Assembly: GCA_018398765.1 (NCBI GenBank)
Contig: JAHBMJ010000113.1
Span: 1-64,000 of the forward strand
Origin: Chromera velia
Lineage: Eukaryota
Reading direction: 5' to 3'
DNA length: 64,000 nt
Translations under genes and position numbers: made by a program
The notes under the pieces: generated by a model
The model's database searches: none
Told to the model about the DNA's origin: nothing
What the model saw: only the letters and a program-made list of their open reading frames with translations
In this document: positions 30,401 through 44,204 of the stretch, piece by piece
How positions within the stretch are numbered: position 1 is the first letter of the stretch
How the letters are laid out: every line of letters starts with the position of its first letter

Positions 30401-33400
30401 CTGGCAGACAGAGTGGGGCGGTTCACTAGCGCCGCGCCGCCTGTTCTCGCTCTTGAGAAGGCTGCAGAGGACGAGAGAGAGAGAGCAACTGACGGGACAG
30501 CGAGTGACCAGGAGACAATGGGGCCTGGGGGGAAGAGGACGAAGAGGAAATCGGGGACGGCCGTGAAGGGTCCTCTGTCTGTCTCCGGCCAGAAAGGTCT
30601 CTCTCTCTCTCTTGAGGGGCAAGGGAAGGCCCTGGAGGGGTGTGTGGGTGGGTTGGACAGTAAGGAGAGGGACAGGGCGACGGTGGAGGAATTGGACCGT
30701 GAGCAGGAGGAAAAGGAGAAGGAGGCAAGAGAAGATCGGGAGAAGAGAGAGAGAGAGGAGAGCGAGAGATTAGCTGCTGAGCAGGAGGAAAAGGAGCGAT
30801 TGGACAGGGAGAGGCAACAGAGAATTGAAGCTGCGAGGGAGGCAGAAAAGCTCAAAAAAGAAAAGGAAAGGGAGGAAAGAATCGAGAGGGAGCGGCAGAA
30901 AAAGCTCGAACTGCAACGGCAGAAAGAAGAAGAGAAAGAGCGTAAGGCACGTGAGCGTGCAGCGTTGCAAGAACAGAAAAAGCGGGAAAGAGAGGCAGAG
31001 CGAGAGCAAAAGGAGAGAGAAAGAGAGCAGAAACGTAGAGAAAAGCAAGAAAAAGAAGAAAGAGAACGAGAGAGACAAATGGAGCAACAACAACAACAAA
31101 TTTCACCTCATTCTCCTGATGAGGAAGAAGAAGAAGAAGAGGAAGGAACGAATGCAGCCGTCTCAGCAGGTGCCCCGACCCCCCCTCGTGAGGAGGAGGA
31201 CCGAGTCGCCCTCGATCCTTCTGCCTCTTCTTCTTCTTCATCTGCAACCACTGAAGAAGTCACTGCCCCAACGCTCGCACAACCGCCTCCCACAGCTATT
31301 GACGCTCTATCGGCTGCAGCTGCTGCCGTTGCTTCCCTCGCTCCAGGAGACGAGACGGGGGCAGTAACTGTTCCTGTCGGGGGGGGCACGGGGGTGGAAC
31401 CGTTCGAGGGGGTTGAGGTTGAATCCCCTCCCCTTCGCGAGGAGACCTCTCCTTCAACTCCTCCGGCTCCTGCTGCTGCTGTGACACAGCCGTCTTCTAC
31501 CTCAGCCCTCACCCCCCCTCCCTTTGAAGTTCCTGTTCCCCCCGAGCAACAGCCACCGCCCGCACCAACAGCAGCGCTGGGAACTGAAACGACAGACCTT
31601 ATCGAAAAGCCCGCGGGAGAAGGGGAGAGGGAGATCATCGCGGCAGCCGCCGCTCAAAGCCCAAAGGACCAACAACCATCCCAACAGCAGCCCCCCTCCA
31701 ATCCGCCGAATCCGAATCAACAACCCAATTTGGGGAAACGGGTGGGACCCCTGGCCCCTCCAATTGTTGCTGCCCCTGCCCCGTTGGCAGAATCTGTCTG
31801 GTCATGTCCGACATCGTCAAAGCAGCAAAAATCTCCTCCTCCGATGTTGTCCGAGGACTTCTCCAAACCCCCCGATCTCCCCGAACCTTCAGCATCCTAT
31901 GATGCCAACACCCTTCCCCTCTCAGAGGCACTTCCTGTCTCTGTCTCTGCACAGACGCCGATGCAGTCACAAACCCCCGACCCTGCCCAGGCTGCTCAAA
32001 AGAAACAGACAGACAAGGCAGGCACGCAGACACCTCAGCGGATCGTTCCCACACGAGGAGGGGCCTTGCTGACTCCCTCTCAGCCTGCGAGCGTAACTGT
32101 TGAGTCCTCCGCCCTGACTGAGGAACGTCCAGAGAAGGAGAGGGAGAGGGAGATAGAAAGAGAACAACTCCTCAATCAAGTCCAAGCAGCAGTCGCTGCC
32201 AACGACCAAGTTCAAAATCCGGATGATCCCTCCTCCCCTCTGTATCACCTTCTTGCCTGTGTGCGTCATTGGGCGGAAAGCAGATCCGGTCCCCCTGTCA
32301 GCTCAGCCGATTCATCTTTCCCCCTTATCATCGCTCCCACAGCCCCCGAGCTCTCCCAACTTGCGCAAGTTGTTTTGGCAGAAGCTCTCGATCACCTGGC
32401 AGCGGGTCCCTCTCCTCTTCCCAACGGCCTCTTTCTTCTAGCAGACGACCCCCCTTGGTCCCTCGACGATTTCTCGTTGATCCTTTACGACGAGACCTTG
32501 ATGACGTGCGAGGCCGGACGGTGGGTTAGAGCGGTGGAGCGATTTGGTCGTGAGGCGTTGCAAGAGGACAGGGAGAGGCAGACGTTGATGAAAGTCCTCG
32601 TTTCGGCTGTCTCTGAAATTCTCACGGAGATGCCTCCGATGGCCGGCGGCGCTGTGGCTCCCGGCAGCCCTCACGCTCCCCCTCCGAGTACTGATGAACT
32701 CCAAGCGAGGGGAGTTGAGGGTACCACAGCGTTGTTCCACGGGTGTATGTCTTCAAAGACGCGTGCCTGTGCTGAGCTGCTCGCGTGCCTTCACGCAGTC
32801 TCACAACCGTCGACGCTTGCCAAAAAGGTCAGTCATTCAATCCTTCAAGATCGATTCATCCAGGGACGTCCCCCCCAGTTAAGAAGGGAAGGCGCTCCTG
32901 TCTGCAAATACCCACTCAATCGGGACAGACAAATAGATACGCAGACAGAAGCGGGCTGAGGCATGCAGAAAGCCCTCTACTATTGTCTCTGTCTGTGTCT
33001 TTCTTGCGCTGTTGGTTCACACATGTCTCGGAACCGTTTCCTTCCGTGAATTCTTCTCCTGTGATTTTTGTTTCTTTGCCTCTCAATCCCCCAAAATCCG
33101 TCGTCTTTTTTCGACGTTTGTGCCTGGACTTCAATGTTCTTCTCTTCGCTTCAACCTGATTTTTTTTTTTCATTTCTCGTTTTTCTTCTGTCACCTACCT
33201 CTCTCTGCGTTTTCTTCGTCCATTTCTCATCATCCATCCTGAACTTGTTTCTCTCCACTCTGTCTGTCTGCAGGCTGTCTCCACAGTTCTCACCTCACTG
33301 CCCCACTCAGCAGTTCCCTCACACATCGCGGCGCTCTGCTACTTCTGCGCCCTCTGTGGCCCCCAGCATCTCCACAAGTTCAGCGAGTCTCTGTTCAGAA

Positions 33401-36400
33401 AACCCTTCGAGGCCTGTCTACGACGTCTCGTGGATGTGTACCGCGCAGTCCCTCAGAGGAACGAGCACGGACAGGTAGTCAGCAACCCAGCAGTGGGATT
33501 GATTGGCTCCGACGGTCGGACAGCGCAGGTTGACATGAGCTCACCGTCCTTCCCCCCCCTTTCCGCAGCCAGAAGCGGTAAGGGCCCCGCAGCGCCTGCA
33601 GCAGCCACGGCCTCCGCGCAGGCCCTGCATACACTGCAGCACGAAGTCCACCCAAGGATGCAACTCATCCTCAGAAGGTGTGTGTCCCTTGTGCTGAGAG
33701 CCACGGCTCCTTCCGGTTGCTGCCCTTCACTCGCTCCGGTCCTTGAGGACGTTCCCGAGCTCCTTCTGCTGTCCCCCGCTGGACCTCCCGAGCTCCCTCC
33801 TCCCTTCTCCCCCCCGCCCCCGCCCCCACCCAAGCAGGGCAAGGAAAGAAGGGGCGGGCCCGACCTCCCACGTCCCCCGCATCAGTCGCAACAGATGCCC
33901 CCACACCAGCACTCTCTTCCTCATGGAATGCATCTGCACGACCATCGCCCTGCGTCCTTCACTCTCAATCCGGACGCACTGTCTTTCATGCCGGGGCCCA
34001 TGAACAATTTCGGGCCGGGGCCCCACGGTGGCCCTCTCCGGCCGGGGCAGCTCCAGGAGATCGGTACGCAGGGTCCGACCCTCCAGCAGCAACAGCAACT
34101 GCAGCATCGCAGTCCGGACAGAGCAGTCACAGACGGTCCTGTCGTGGGAGGTCGCAACAGCACCGTGACATCTCCAGGCAGATCCCCTCCGAAGCCATCC
34201 CACGTCAATCAACCAGGATCTCTGCACTCACACTACCCTCACTCGCCTTCAACTGCATACCTTCCCGTTTCACCTGCACACGCGCTTCAGGCACAGCAAC
34301 AGCAGCAGCAGGGGGTAGGAGGGAGGAACCACCCTTATTATTCTGCCGGCCTCCCCCATCCGCACCAACCCCACGGACCGCCAGGTCTCTCCCCAGCACC
34401 TGCCTCTGCCCTGCCTTCAAGAGGCTCCGATCCCTCTCTTTACGGTCACCAGCAACCATCACACCCAGCCGGTGTACCTTTCGCAGGCTCCGCGCACCCT
34501 CTCATGGATGGCAGAAGCGTCTCTGCGTCTGCGGCTGGTGTGTCTGTGCCCTTCCTCCAACCTGGAGTAACAGGGTCGAATGCGGCTGTCAACCTAGATG
34601 AGAGACTTCACGGCCTCTTCACCTCGCCCCATCCTGACTCTGCCTCTGCATCTAGACAGGCTCATATGATGTCCCCAGGAGCCGAACCCTCGACTCAGGG
34701 AGGCGACCGGCATTCCACCCGGGGGGGAGAAAGAGACCGGGACGATGCCCTACAGACATTCCAACAGACACAAACGACCAACGTGAACGGACTCCCCCCT
34801 CCCCCCCCTCCTCCACCCCCACCCCCCCCAGGCCCATTCCACCAACCTGGGCAGAGAGAGAGACTCCTACCAGAGGAGACAACGGGTGCCCTCTCCTCCC
34901 ATGCTCCGTCCTTGACAGGAGGCGGGCAGAGAGAGCCGGAGTCCTCCGCTGCCACAGCCATGGTCCCCCGACCTCTCTCAGCTGTCACCACCCCTGCAGG
35001 CAGAGCCCCAGCCTCTGCAACAAATTTGAACCCTGGGTCCGCAGTCTTCACCCCCAGCTCCACACCCTCGCATGCTAACGCCTACCAGCGTCTGTCGGCA
35101 GAGTCCCAACAGCAGCAACAGTCTGCGCAACCGCAAAGAGGGTCGGAGTTACTCTCACCTGCCGTTCCCCCCGTCAGGCCGAAGGGAGCCCTCGATCCAC
35201 AAGCCCCAAGCTTTCCGGGGCCATCCGAACAAGGACACCCGCAACAGCAGCAGCAGCCTCCCTATTCGGTCCACCACCTCCGCGTCTCCACATCTTTGGA
35301 AGGCGAGTCTTCGGGACCTCAAACTGAGAAGGATAGAGAGCCTTTGAGTGCCGCTGCAGGCACACCCTCTGTCGCAGGAGGGTCCCATCCTTCTGGTGGT
35401 GCGGGGCTGAAGCATGTGAACTCTGCTGCATCTTCGACTGGCCGTATCCGCTCGGGGGGAGGGAATGGGAGTGGAAGTGGGGGGAGTGGCCAGCCGACGC
35501 AGGCTTGTTCGACCCCGACAGGGGCCATGTGGCACGAGTCTGCTCAGGGCCATCTCCAGGCAAAACAGCTTTTCGGGACCGTATCGGGATATCGAGGCAT
35601 CAGTGAGGGTATGAGGGGAGCTCTGGATTACGGAGGGGGAGCTGATGGTTCATTTGACATCGGGGGTCTGCCGGGAGGGAGGCCTGGGGATTCTACCCCC
35701 CCCCATGGTGCACCTCAGGGCACTCGTGCGAAATTTGAGGCGTTCAAGCAAATCGGGGGGACAGCAACTGCTCCTAGAGAAAGAGACCGACCGGGTGGTC
35801 GTAGGTCGTTTGCGGGTGTGAGCTCTGCGCAGGCAGCAGCGAGTGGTCATTCTGATGAGAGGTCGCAGAGAGTGCTGATGAAGATCCGAAATGTCCTTCG
35901 GAATTTTATTCTCTCCTGTGGCCAGCCTGCAGCAGCATCTGGCAGTACGGCAACTGCAGGTCTCCTCGGAGATTCGAGAAAGTTCCAGCCTCGGCGTGTG
36001 TTGATTCAGGGCTTCGGTGGGCCTGATGACCTCTCTGGTCTCTTTTTCCCTTCCACCCCGTCAGCCTCCCGCGTTTCTACGCCAGGCATCCTTCCTGACT
36101 CCGCAGGAGCAGGGGGCCAACCGAGAGGCGAACGGCTTCAGTCCGGCGGATTCCAGACCCCCGGTGGCCAAGGCGGCAGCAGCAGTCTGATGGGGGGAGA
36201 GGCCTCGATCGACGTGGGGGGATCGGCAGCTGCAGGGGAGGGCCAGGGGGGAGAGGAAGACCGGAACGATCGGGCCAGGAGGCACTGGGCATGGGGACAG
36301 AGACTCAGGTTGGTTGGTTCGGTGGTTGGCCTCTCTGTCTCTATGTGTGTGTGTGAGGGNNNNNNNNNNNAGGGGGGGGGGGGGGTTCATGTCTGTGTGA

Positions 36401-37777
36401 CTGACTGTACTGACATGCTGAGAGAAAAATGGTCCAAAAAAAAGCAGTGAAGTTTGCCTCGGGGGTTCCACTCTCAGGGGATAGGAAAGGGTATACAAGG
36501 CTGGGAAGGGAAAGGAGTTTTTTGGAGTCCGGCACTTCTCATTTGGTCTTGCTTCCAGAGGATTCATTTGCTCTCTCTTCAGACAGACTGATCTCCTTCC
36601 TTCTTTTGCCCTCTCCCCTTCCGTGTCCCTCCCTCCCGCAGCGAGGTCGCATCTGCGTATCCTGACGAGTTTCGTGTTCGGCTGCTCCCCGATGGCGCGG
36701 GCATCGAGGTTACCCTACTTCATTTGAGGTTGGTTCGTTGGTTCGTTGGTTGATGTGTGCTTGGTAAATTTCCTTTTATCTCTCTCTCTTGGGTTGCTCG
36801 ATCGGCCTTGCTGGATGCAAGAACACGTTGGTTGGTCCCCACGATTCTGTTCTGTTTTGGTCACTTCAACCCTTGATTTTTATTTTGTGTGGGGGGGGAG
36901 CACGGCCACTCAAGATCTGAATGGTGATTGATGCGTAAACGGATTGACTGTCCGATTTGATGGGTCGAGTGGAAGTGTTGTGCTCTGCTCTGTTGGCAGT
37001 CATCTATCGGAAGAAATATATGTTTATTCACACACTCCTTTGCCTTCCTTTCCTTGTCTTGCGTTCTCCTCTTTTTTATCTAGATCATTTATGATTTTCC
37101 TCCACGCCCCATGCATCCCTTCCGCATTCATTCCTCCTTCCCATGTTGTCTGTCTTGGTGCTGCAGCGAGACGGATGCAGACGCGGTACTCTCCCGTCTG
37201 GATCCAGACAGCGCCCGGAGAAGTCTCCTCTTCATGCTGCAGACGCACTCGGGGGCTGACGTCACACCTGTCAGCAGTGCTGGGGGGGCAGGACAGGGGC
37301 CACCGGGTACAGGGGCCCGTCGGTCGTTCTTCAAGGGAGACGGTGAGACGACTGAGGGAGGAATGGAAGGTGCTTCGGGTGCAACGAGAGGAGCGCGGCT
37401 TCGCTCCGTCGCCTCTCCCCCGTTCCCTGGGCTGGACCCCCCACAGGGTCGGGTGGCGGCGTCGGAGATGATCGCCCAATTAGCGTCCATGCCTGCTGAT
37501 CAAGGAGGGCAGCAGCTGAACGTGGGGGGAGGTGGTATGAGCCTTCCTCGACTGCAGCTCCAGGAGCCTGGGGAAGGTCTGTCTGTCAGTTTGCCTGTTT
37601 GGTCTCTGTGTTTTTTTTTGCTACGGGCTTTTTGTTAATTTTTACATTTTGATGTTCTCCAGTCGTTTTCTTGCTTCGGTCAGTCTCGATCGATGGTGTC
37701 GGATGGACTTCAGGTTCCTTTTTCTTTCAGAGTCAGTCAGTGAGTCCGTTTCTTTCTTTCTTTCTTTCTTTCTTTCT

Positions 37778-37808
<31 letters not shown>

Positions 37809-40800
37809 GGGTTAGGATCAGTGCATGCTTGTGCGTCCGTCTGTGCAGGAGGGGACGAAATTCTTCACGGGGGGCCTCCCGACCAGCACGTGGAAGCGTG
37901 GGGGCAGCAACAGCGGTATCTCCAGGAAGAGGTCGAGGGCGGAGAGGGAGAGTACGCAGTTAGGTGGATTCCGCAGAGGCAGCTGCAACAGGAAGCCACT
38001 GCCGGAATCTTCGCACAAGAACAACAGCAGTGGGCTGACCGAGGAGGTGCGGAAGACCTGACGCGAGTGCCCGCACAACTCCGGGGCCTTGCACTCCCCA
38101 AACATCTCCAGTTCAATGAAGTGGTCAGTCAATCATTCAGTCAGTCAGTCGGTCGGGCTGTCGACTGCATCTTTTTCAATTGGGAAGCAAGAAAAGTCAG
38201 ATCAGCAAAGAAAGTTGCATCCAGCGTTGTTTTGAGTAAATAGGGTGGTCAAAAGGACACAGAGATTCGGGGGGGAAGGATCACCGTGTTCTCTCATGCC
38301 TTTATCTCACCGTCACGTTTGAGTTTGGCATTCAACGCCCTTCCCTCAGAAACGACTCGCGTGTGCAAAAGGGGCAGTTGGCAGCGTTCTCCCCTCTCTC
38401 CTGTGTCATGTGTTGGTCTACACGTGGACGTGTGAACGCATGGTACAGGTACGTATGCATGCTCTTCGTCATGTATGTCCGTCCATGCCCTTTCCTCTCT
38501 CCTTTGTGGTATTGCAGGTGAGTCTATCTGACTCTATGTGCCTCTGTGTGAGGAATCTGAGGAGAGATGTGACCGACGCAGAACTGAGGGCAAAGGTCAG
38601 TAAGTCAGTGACGAATGCATGCCTCCCTTCACTCGTTCGATCGTCAGAGAGACAGAGACAGAGAAAGCGAGAAAAAGCCGAGGCAGAACATGTATGTGGA
38701 GACAGGGAGAACAACCGTATTTGGCCGTGCGTTGACTATATAACGTCAACTTCCATCCGTGTCGCTGGTCGCCCATGTCAGCCTGGGAGCGTGGGACCTT
38801 CCGCTTGGATGCCTGTTACTCGGCAACACAATCCCCCCACGCACTTTGAAATACACTCATTTATGCTGTCTCTCTTCCCTCTGTGTGCAGTTGATTGACT
38901 GGGGCGACGGTCCTCTTCGACGTCTGTTCGTGTGCGTAGAGCCGATCCCCCATCCCTCGGGACCTTTCACGACCACTCCCTCGACAGAGGCAGGGGGGGG
39001 TCCGGACCTAGACCTCCACGACCTGTTAACAGAGGACGTCTCAGAGATTCTCGATGACCAACAACACTCAGAAGATCCCAGCAGAGGGAATCACGTGAGC
39101 GGAACCGGAATAGCGGCAGCAGGGCGGTTCTGGTTGTGTGCATTCGCGGAGTATGAGACCCCTCTGATAGCGTGCAGAGCGATGCTGCGAACGGAACTGC
39201 ACAGAGAGTTGGTGGACCAAAACTCCAATGTGATGAACGACGAGTGGGTCCGCCGTGGGGGTCTGATGGTGAGTCACTTAATTGATTGCCTGTTTGTTTT
39301 CTCTTTGTACTGACTTTCTCTTTATCGAATATTGTGGTAAACAGTGAGTGGTTTTCGTCGTCAAATTTAGGTCATTCTCCGCCCCTTTATTTTCTCTTTC
39401 ATTTGTTGCTCTGTTCCAAAAGACAGCTACATACAAGAAGCTCTGTCCCTCCTTGTTCGCTTTCCCTTTCTTGTTGTCCCTCCCGGAGGAGCTCGGTCGA
39501 GTTTTTCTTCGCCTGTTGCGGCCTACACATGCGTTTCTCTGTGAAGTAGAAGAGACAAAAGCTGTTTCTCATGACTGAACGAATGCCTGTCTCCATGCAC
39601 TGACGCACGCAGACCCTGGGTATTCTGGAGGATCTCCGAGAGACTGAGCCGGTCTTCGGGGGTTCATTTGTGAAACGGAGGAGGGACGATAGCAGAAGAG
39701 GGGGAGGCCGTGGAGGAGCTGATGGTGGCGGCGGCCCTCTGGGTTCGCAAGCGCACCAGACTGGTGCTGATGGCAGCCGCCAACAGAAGAGCAGTAGCAG
39801 CAGCAGCTACACGCAGCAGGTCCACCAAGGTCCGATGGATTCGACAGCCCCATCTGAACAGTTCAACGGACCCGTTGGGGGCGGTAGTCGAGGGGGCGTG
39901 GCGCGTCTCCAACAACAGCAGCAGCAACCTCTGTCTCGAGGTCGCATCTCCCCCCCCCCCCGGGATGAGCAAGGGTCGTTGGCGGGAGTGTTGAACCACC
40001 TGCACGTGGAAGGATCGGATGGGCCGGCCCATGGAGGGTCCGCTGGTGTGATTGGAGGCGGACACAGTTGGCCTTCCTCCCCCATGGGAGGAGCAGGGGC
40101 AGATCCTTCTCCTCTGCAGACACAACTCGGGGTGCTCTCTCACCAGCAGCAGCAGAGAGTCATAAGAGCTGCGTCGGATATGGGGGCGCCTGATGCTGTT
40201 GCTGACGCTTTGCGGCAAGCTGGTGTTACGGGTGGAGCAGGGGGTGGAGTGGGGTTGCCGTCCCCTCCTCCTGCTCAGCAGTTGTTGGCGGTCAGACAAA
40301 TGCATCAGTTGTGGCAACAGCAGCAGCAGCAGCAGGCAGGTGATGCTGTCTCTGTTTCCTCTGGTGAATTCCAACACCAACAGCTGCACTCCCAGAGCAA
40401 CCAGGCAGGGGAAACAGCCTCGAGTGCAACCTCCGCTGCCCTCTTTGAGCAAACACAGGCACAACAACAGCGCTCCCAACAACAACAGCAGTCTTTGCGG
40501 GGAGGTGAAACCTCTTTCCCCTCAGAGGATGCATATGGAGGCGGAGGAATTTTGGGGCAGCAGAACCCGGGGGGTGAGGGAGTTCCGGAGGAAGAGGGGG
40601 GGATGAACGATGGGGCACAGCAGCACAGCAGGAAAGTGCAGGCGAGGAGTCCGCTTCCGCCCCAACAGTCGGTGCAGCAGCAGCTCGACCGTGACAGCAT
40701 TACAGGGAGGCAGACAGGAGCAGGAGGGTCCGCATCCTCCTCTGCCTCCAGCAGCTCCTCCTCTTCCTCGACTGCCGCCGCCACACCCGCACCTTCCCCG

Positions 40801-41715
40801 GGAACCTCTGGCCAGCAGGGGCAAAGTGGCCTCCCTGCCGGTTACGTCCCTTCTCTAAGTGCGCAGCTGCAGCTCCTCCTGGCACAAATTGGCCAAGGAC
40901 AGCCTGCACAGAGATCCACTTCTCTCTTCAAAAAGCTGCAGGAGCTGCTCGCAGCAGCACCGCCGAGGGAGGCCCAACAAATAGGGCTACTCCTCCAGCA
41001 GGCAGCCATTTTACAGCAACATCAACAAGAGCAGCAGCACACCGCACAGCAGGGTCAACAATCTCAGGCACAACAGCCACGGGGAGGGACTCAAGGGATG
41101 CAAGGTCCTCCTGCCTCTGCGTCTCCTCTGCAAACCCAGCAACACGCCGGACACAGGGGTGCCTGGCTGTCCTCCCCTCTGCCCCCCGGCACGCAGCCTT
41201 CATCCCATTCCGGTCACTCCCCTCCGGTCTTTTCCTCTGGCTCCGCCTCTCTGGACACTAATTTTGCAACTCAGACGGCAAATGCCAGCAGACGTGCGGC
41301 ACATTTGAAGCAGAGCCCCCCGCAACAGCCTCAGAGATCGATATCCCCATTGCAGCACTACGGGGGTCATGGAGGACAGTCGGATCACCATCAGCGCATG
41401 CCGACCCACGGAGGCCACCACATGGCCCCCTCCCAGCAGCAGCAGCAGAATCCTCCTCACCGAATCTCTCCTCGTCTCGGTGGCGGTGTGCCGACAGGGG
41501 GCGGCGGGCTTCTGCACCCAGGGGGGCCGCCCCCCATGGGACAGCTGCCGTCTCCAGGACTCTCCCCAAGCCTGCACTCCCAGGCCCCTAGTTCGCAGGG
41601 ACAAGGGGGTATGCAGGGCGGGGGGGGGTCGATTCCGTTGGTTCCGTTCTCTTTGGGGGGTCACGGAGAGGATGGGGGGGGCGCTGGGGGCATCGATGGC
41701 TTTGGGGCGGGTTGA
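19428..41715 (+). CDS. Giant USP7-like protein (MATH + pseudo-USP + UBL) extended by a coiled coil, helical domain, PAM2-like motifs, LOTUS-like segment, RRM and Q/G/P-rich tail; 21 exons, about 5080 aa
   Basis: Phase-consistent GT-AG exons: 19428-19564, 20120-20316, 20755-21251, 21774-22886, 23156-23477, 23806-23887, 24155-24215, 24539-24726, 24859-25498, 25790-27393, 27815-28327, 28728-28827, 29080-29378, 29683-32827, 33274-36308, 36642-36728, 37167-37576, 37849-38123, 38518-38595, 38891-39247, 39613-41715 (15243 nt, divisible by 3). MATH: IRFSIRNF..LLIHPRG..YLSVFL..FELTVVN..WSFS..SRGW. USP7-like UBL: LLVFKWFAPYAGTLHCLG and FEE..SGDVIIVQ. An N-gap lies in the intron at 36360-36370, so continuity across it is inferred. 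Confidence 0.72.
36360..36370. other. Assembly gap (N run) within a predicted intron
   Basis: 11 N characters flanked by G runs. Confidence 0.99.
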
Positions 41716-41850
41716 CGGGAGGGGGTTGAAGAGACTTAAATCGGGAAGCAGGGAAGGCATTGGGGTGCAAGGGGGCATGCATGAAGGTTGATGATGCAGT
41801 GAGTGCGTAGGCAGTCGAAAAGGGTGGAGAAGCGGTCTTTCATGAGCCTC

Positions 41851-41891
<41 letters not shown>

Positions 41892-44204
41892 GTTGTTTCA
41901 GGGTTCTTGAAAGGGACTGCTGGGCGGGCGGGAATGAATGTTAGGATTTCGGTGCAGTGTGTCTGTCTGTCTACTTGTCTCTCTATTCGTCGGCAGAATT
42001 TGTTTCTTTCTTCTTTCTTTCCTTCGGGAGGTGTGTGTTGCAGTACTAAGCATGCAGGTTCTCCAGTCACTCCCTTCCTGGGAAGACTTTCTGATTTTCT
42101 TTCGGGGGAATCTTCTCTTCTCCATCCCTTAATTCCTCTACTTCATGAATTATCCCCCGTCCTCCCTCCAACTCTTTCTCTTTCTGCATGTCTTCTATCA
42201 GGTTGATGACTTGTTTTTCCCTTGCTTTTCTGCCTCATAGGAGGAGGCAGTGACTGGCTGGATTATTTTTGCGTGCGTCAGTGGGCAGAGAGATGTGGAA
42301 TTGATCGGGAACAAGGGAAAGGGGTGGGTAGGAGGCCTGTCTTCATTTGTGATTGTGTCAGCTGGGTCTCTCTGGAGAAAGAGTGAAGGAAAATGACGTG
42401 TAGGAAAAAGATTTTGCATACTTCTCCATCTCTCTCTCTCGTCTCTCTCGATGGCCTTCACAGCAGCCTTGTTTGTATGTGTTGTTCAATGCATGTGTAT
42501 GCATCCATGCAGTCATTCGGCTGAAAAAGTACTGCCAAGCTGTGTGACTGGCTGCAGTGCGGGAAGGGCGGGCGGTTTCATCCATTCAAAGCGTGCATAG
42601 TTTCTGCGGACTGACTCAATGAGGTTGCCAGATTTGGGGCAGAAATTGGTGCAAAACTGTAGATCGATTGCGCCGTCGGGACAGGAAATGCAAGCGTCAC
42701 TACTGTCCCCCGAGTGTCCTTGTGCGCAAAGTAATTAAAACAAGACGGCCGCCGGATATATAAACGCAAGAGGGCTGGGAGCGAGGAAAGCTGAGGGGTA
42801 TGATCGATTTAGGTCCAAGGTCGGAGATACATCACTCAAAATTCATGTTCGAAAAGAAAAGCTTGCTCATAATTAAATTTCACAAAACCGATAAACTCAA
42901 TCAACAGTCAGCTTTAAACTGTCAATGTCTAATGAATGTGAATGTATAAATCAGTATCTAAAATGTTTAAGACTATAAAATTTAGATTAAAATGCATATT
43001 TATTTTCTAGGTCTGAACTAGCTTCAGGTTTTAAGATATTAGACGTGATATTAGACTCATGATAATTTAGGCTAGTCACTACCTACTTCACTGCATGACT
43101 CATTGAACCTCCCTGAACCTAAGTGCCATTTGAAAAAATATAATCAAGATGATCTCTATCTGTAGCATTGTTTTTTAAGAGACCGTCCACGCCTGCGGCG
43201 TAGACAGTCAAGACTCAAGACACTGTCCAGATATGCGGCTTTGGTTTTTAAGACATCGTAAATGATCTGCACCTGCGGCGCGGACTTTCAAGCTTATCCA
43301 AAAATGCGGCTTGAACTTTCAAGTGGTAGTAAGGTTCAAGGAGGTCACTGATTGATTGATTAGTTCCCTAGTTAGTTGCTACTAATAGTCTATATAAATT
43401 ATTTGATTGCTATACTTCTTGCTTCTTCTTAACAAAGACGTCAAATTAAAAAGCTGATGCCCTCATTGGCGTCATTGCTACATATCTAGGAGTCAAAAAT
43501 TATAACGAATGTTAGAATCAATGTAAGTGTTAGAGTTCATACTGTAAAGTCTTCAAAAACGCTAGAAATAACAAAAACTCGGGCCAACTTTCTTTCTAGC
43601 TTTCTTTCTTTCTTTCTTTCTTTGTTTTTTTAGAACTTTGTTAAATTATGTTAAATTTATAAATGAAAATCGAATCTCCATCAAAGGTTCGATTCAAGTT
43701 GTGTTATTCACCTAGTGGTCAAACTATTGACTAAACTGGTTTTATATGGATTGTCTAGTGCAAACACATGGTTTAAACATTAAAAGACACCTATAAAAAA
43801 CATAATATTGCCCATCGACTATGTTGATCATCCTAATAAAGCTAGTAATAAACTAGGTAATAAAGCTTGACATATGTAAAACTCAAACAAACTTTCTTTT
43901 TTTCTTTTTTTAGAACTTTACAGTATGAACCTTAGTATAAGCGCTAACTAGCCCTTAGCTTTAATTAATATATAGTCAGGGTTGTTTTTTTGTCCGGTAA
44001 GGACCCCTCTCTACCGGTAATTACCGGATTACCGGTAATGGACTCCGTTTACCTAAGTTTTACCAGAAAAAAATGAGGAAAAAATGAAGCTTCAAAAAAA
44101 AAATTTCACTTGCGACGCAACTCCTATTCTTTAGTTTTAAAGACTTCTTTCAACGTTTTTAACACTTTTAGGAATCGAAATAAGATTCTTTTAAAAATAT
44201 GTTG

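Noticed and set aside
36309..36450. ORF 33430-36450 apparently reading through the N gap to a stop
   Set aside because: A donor at 36309 (GTTGGT) joins in phase to the exon at 36642; the read-through portion looks like intronic low-complexity sequence.
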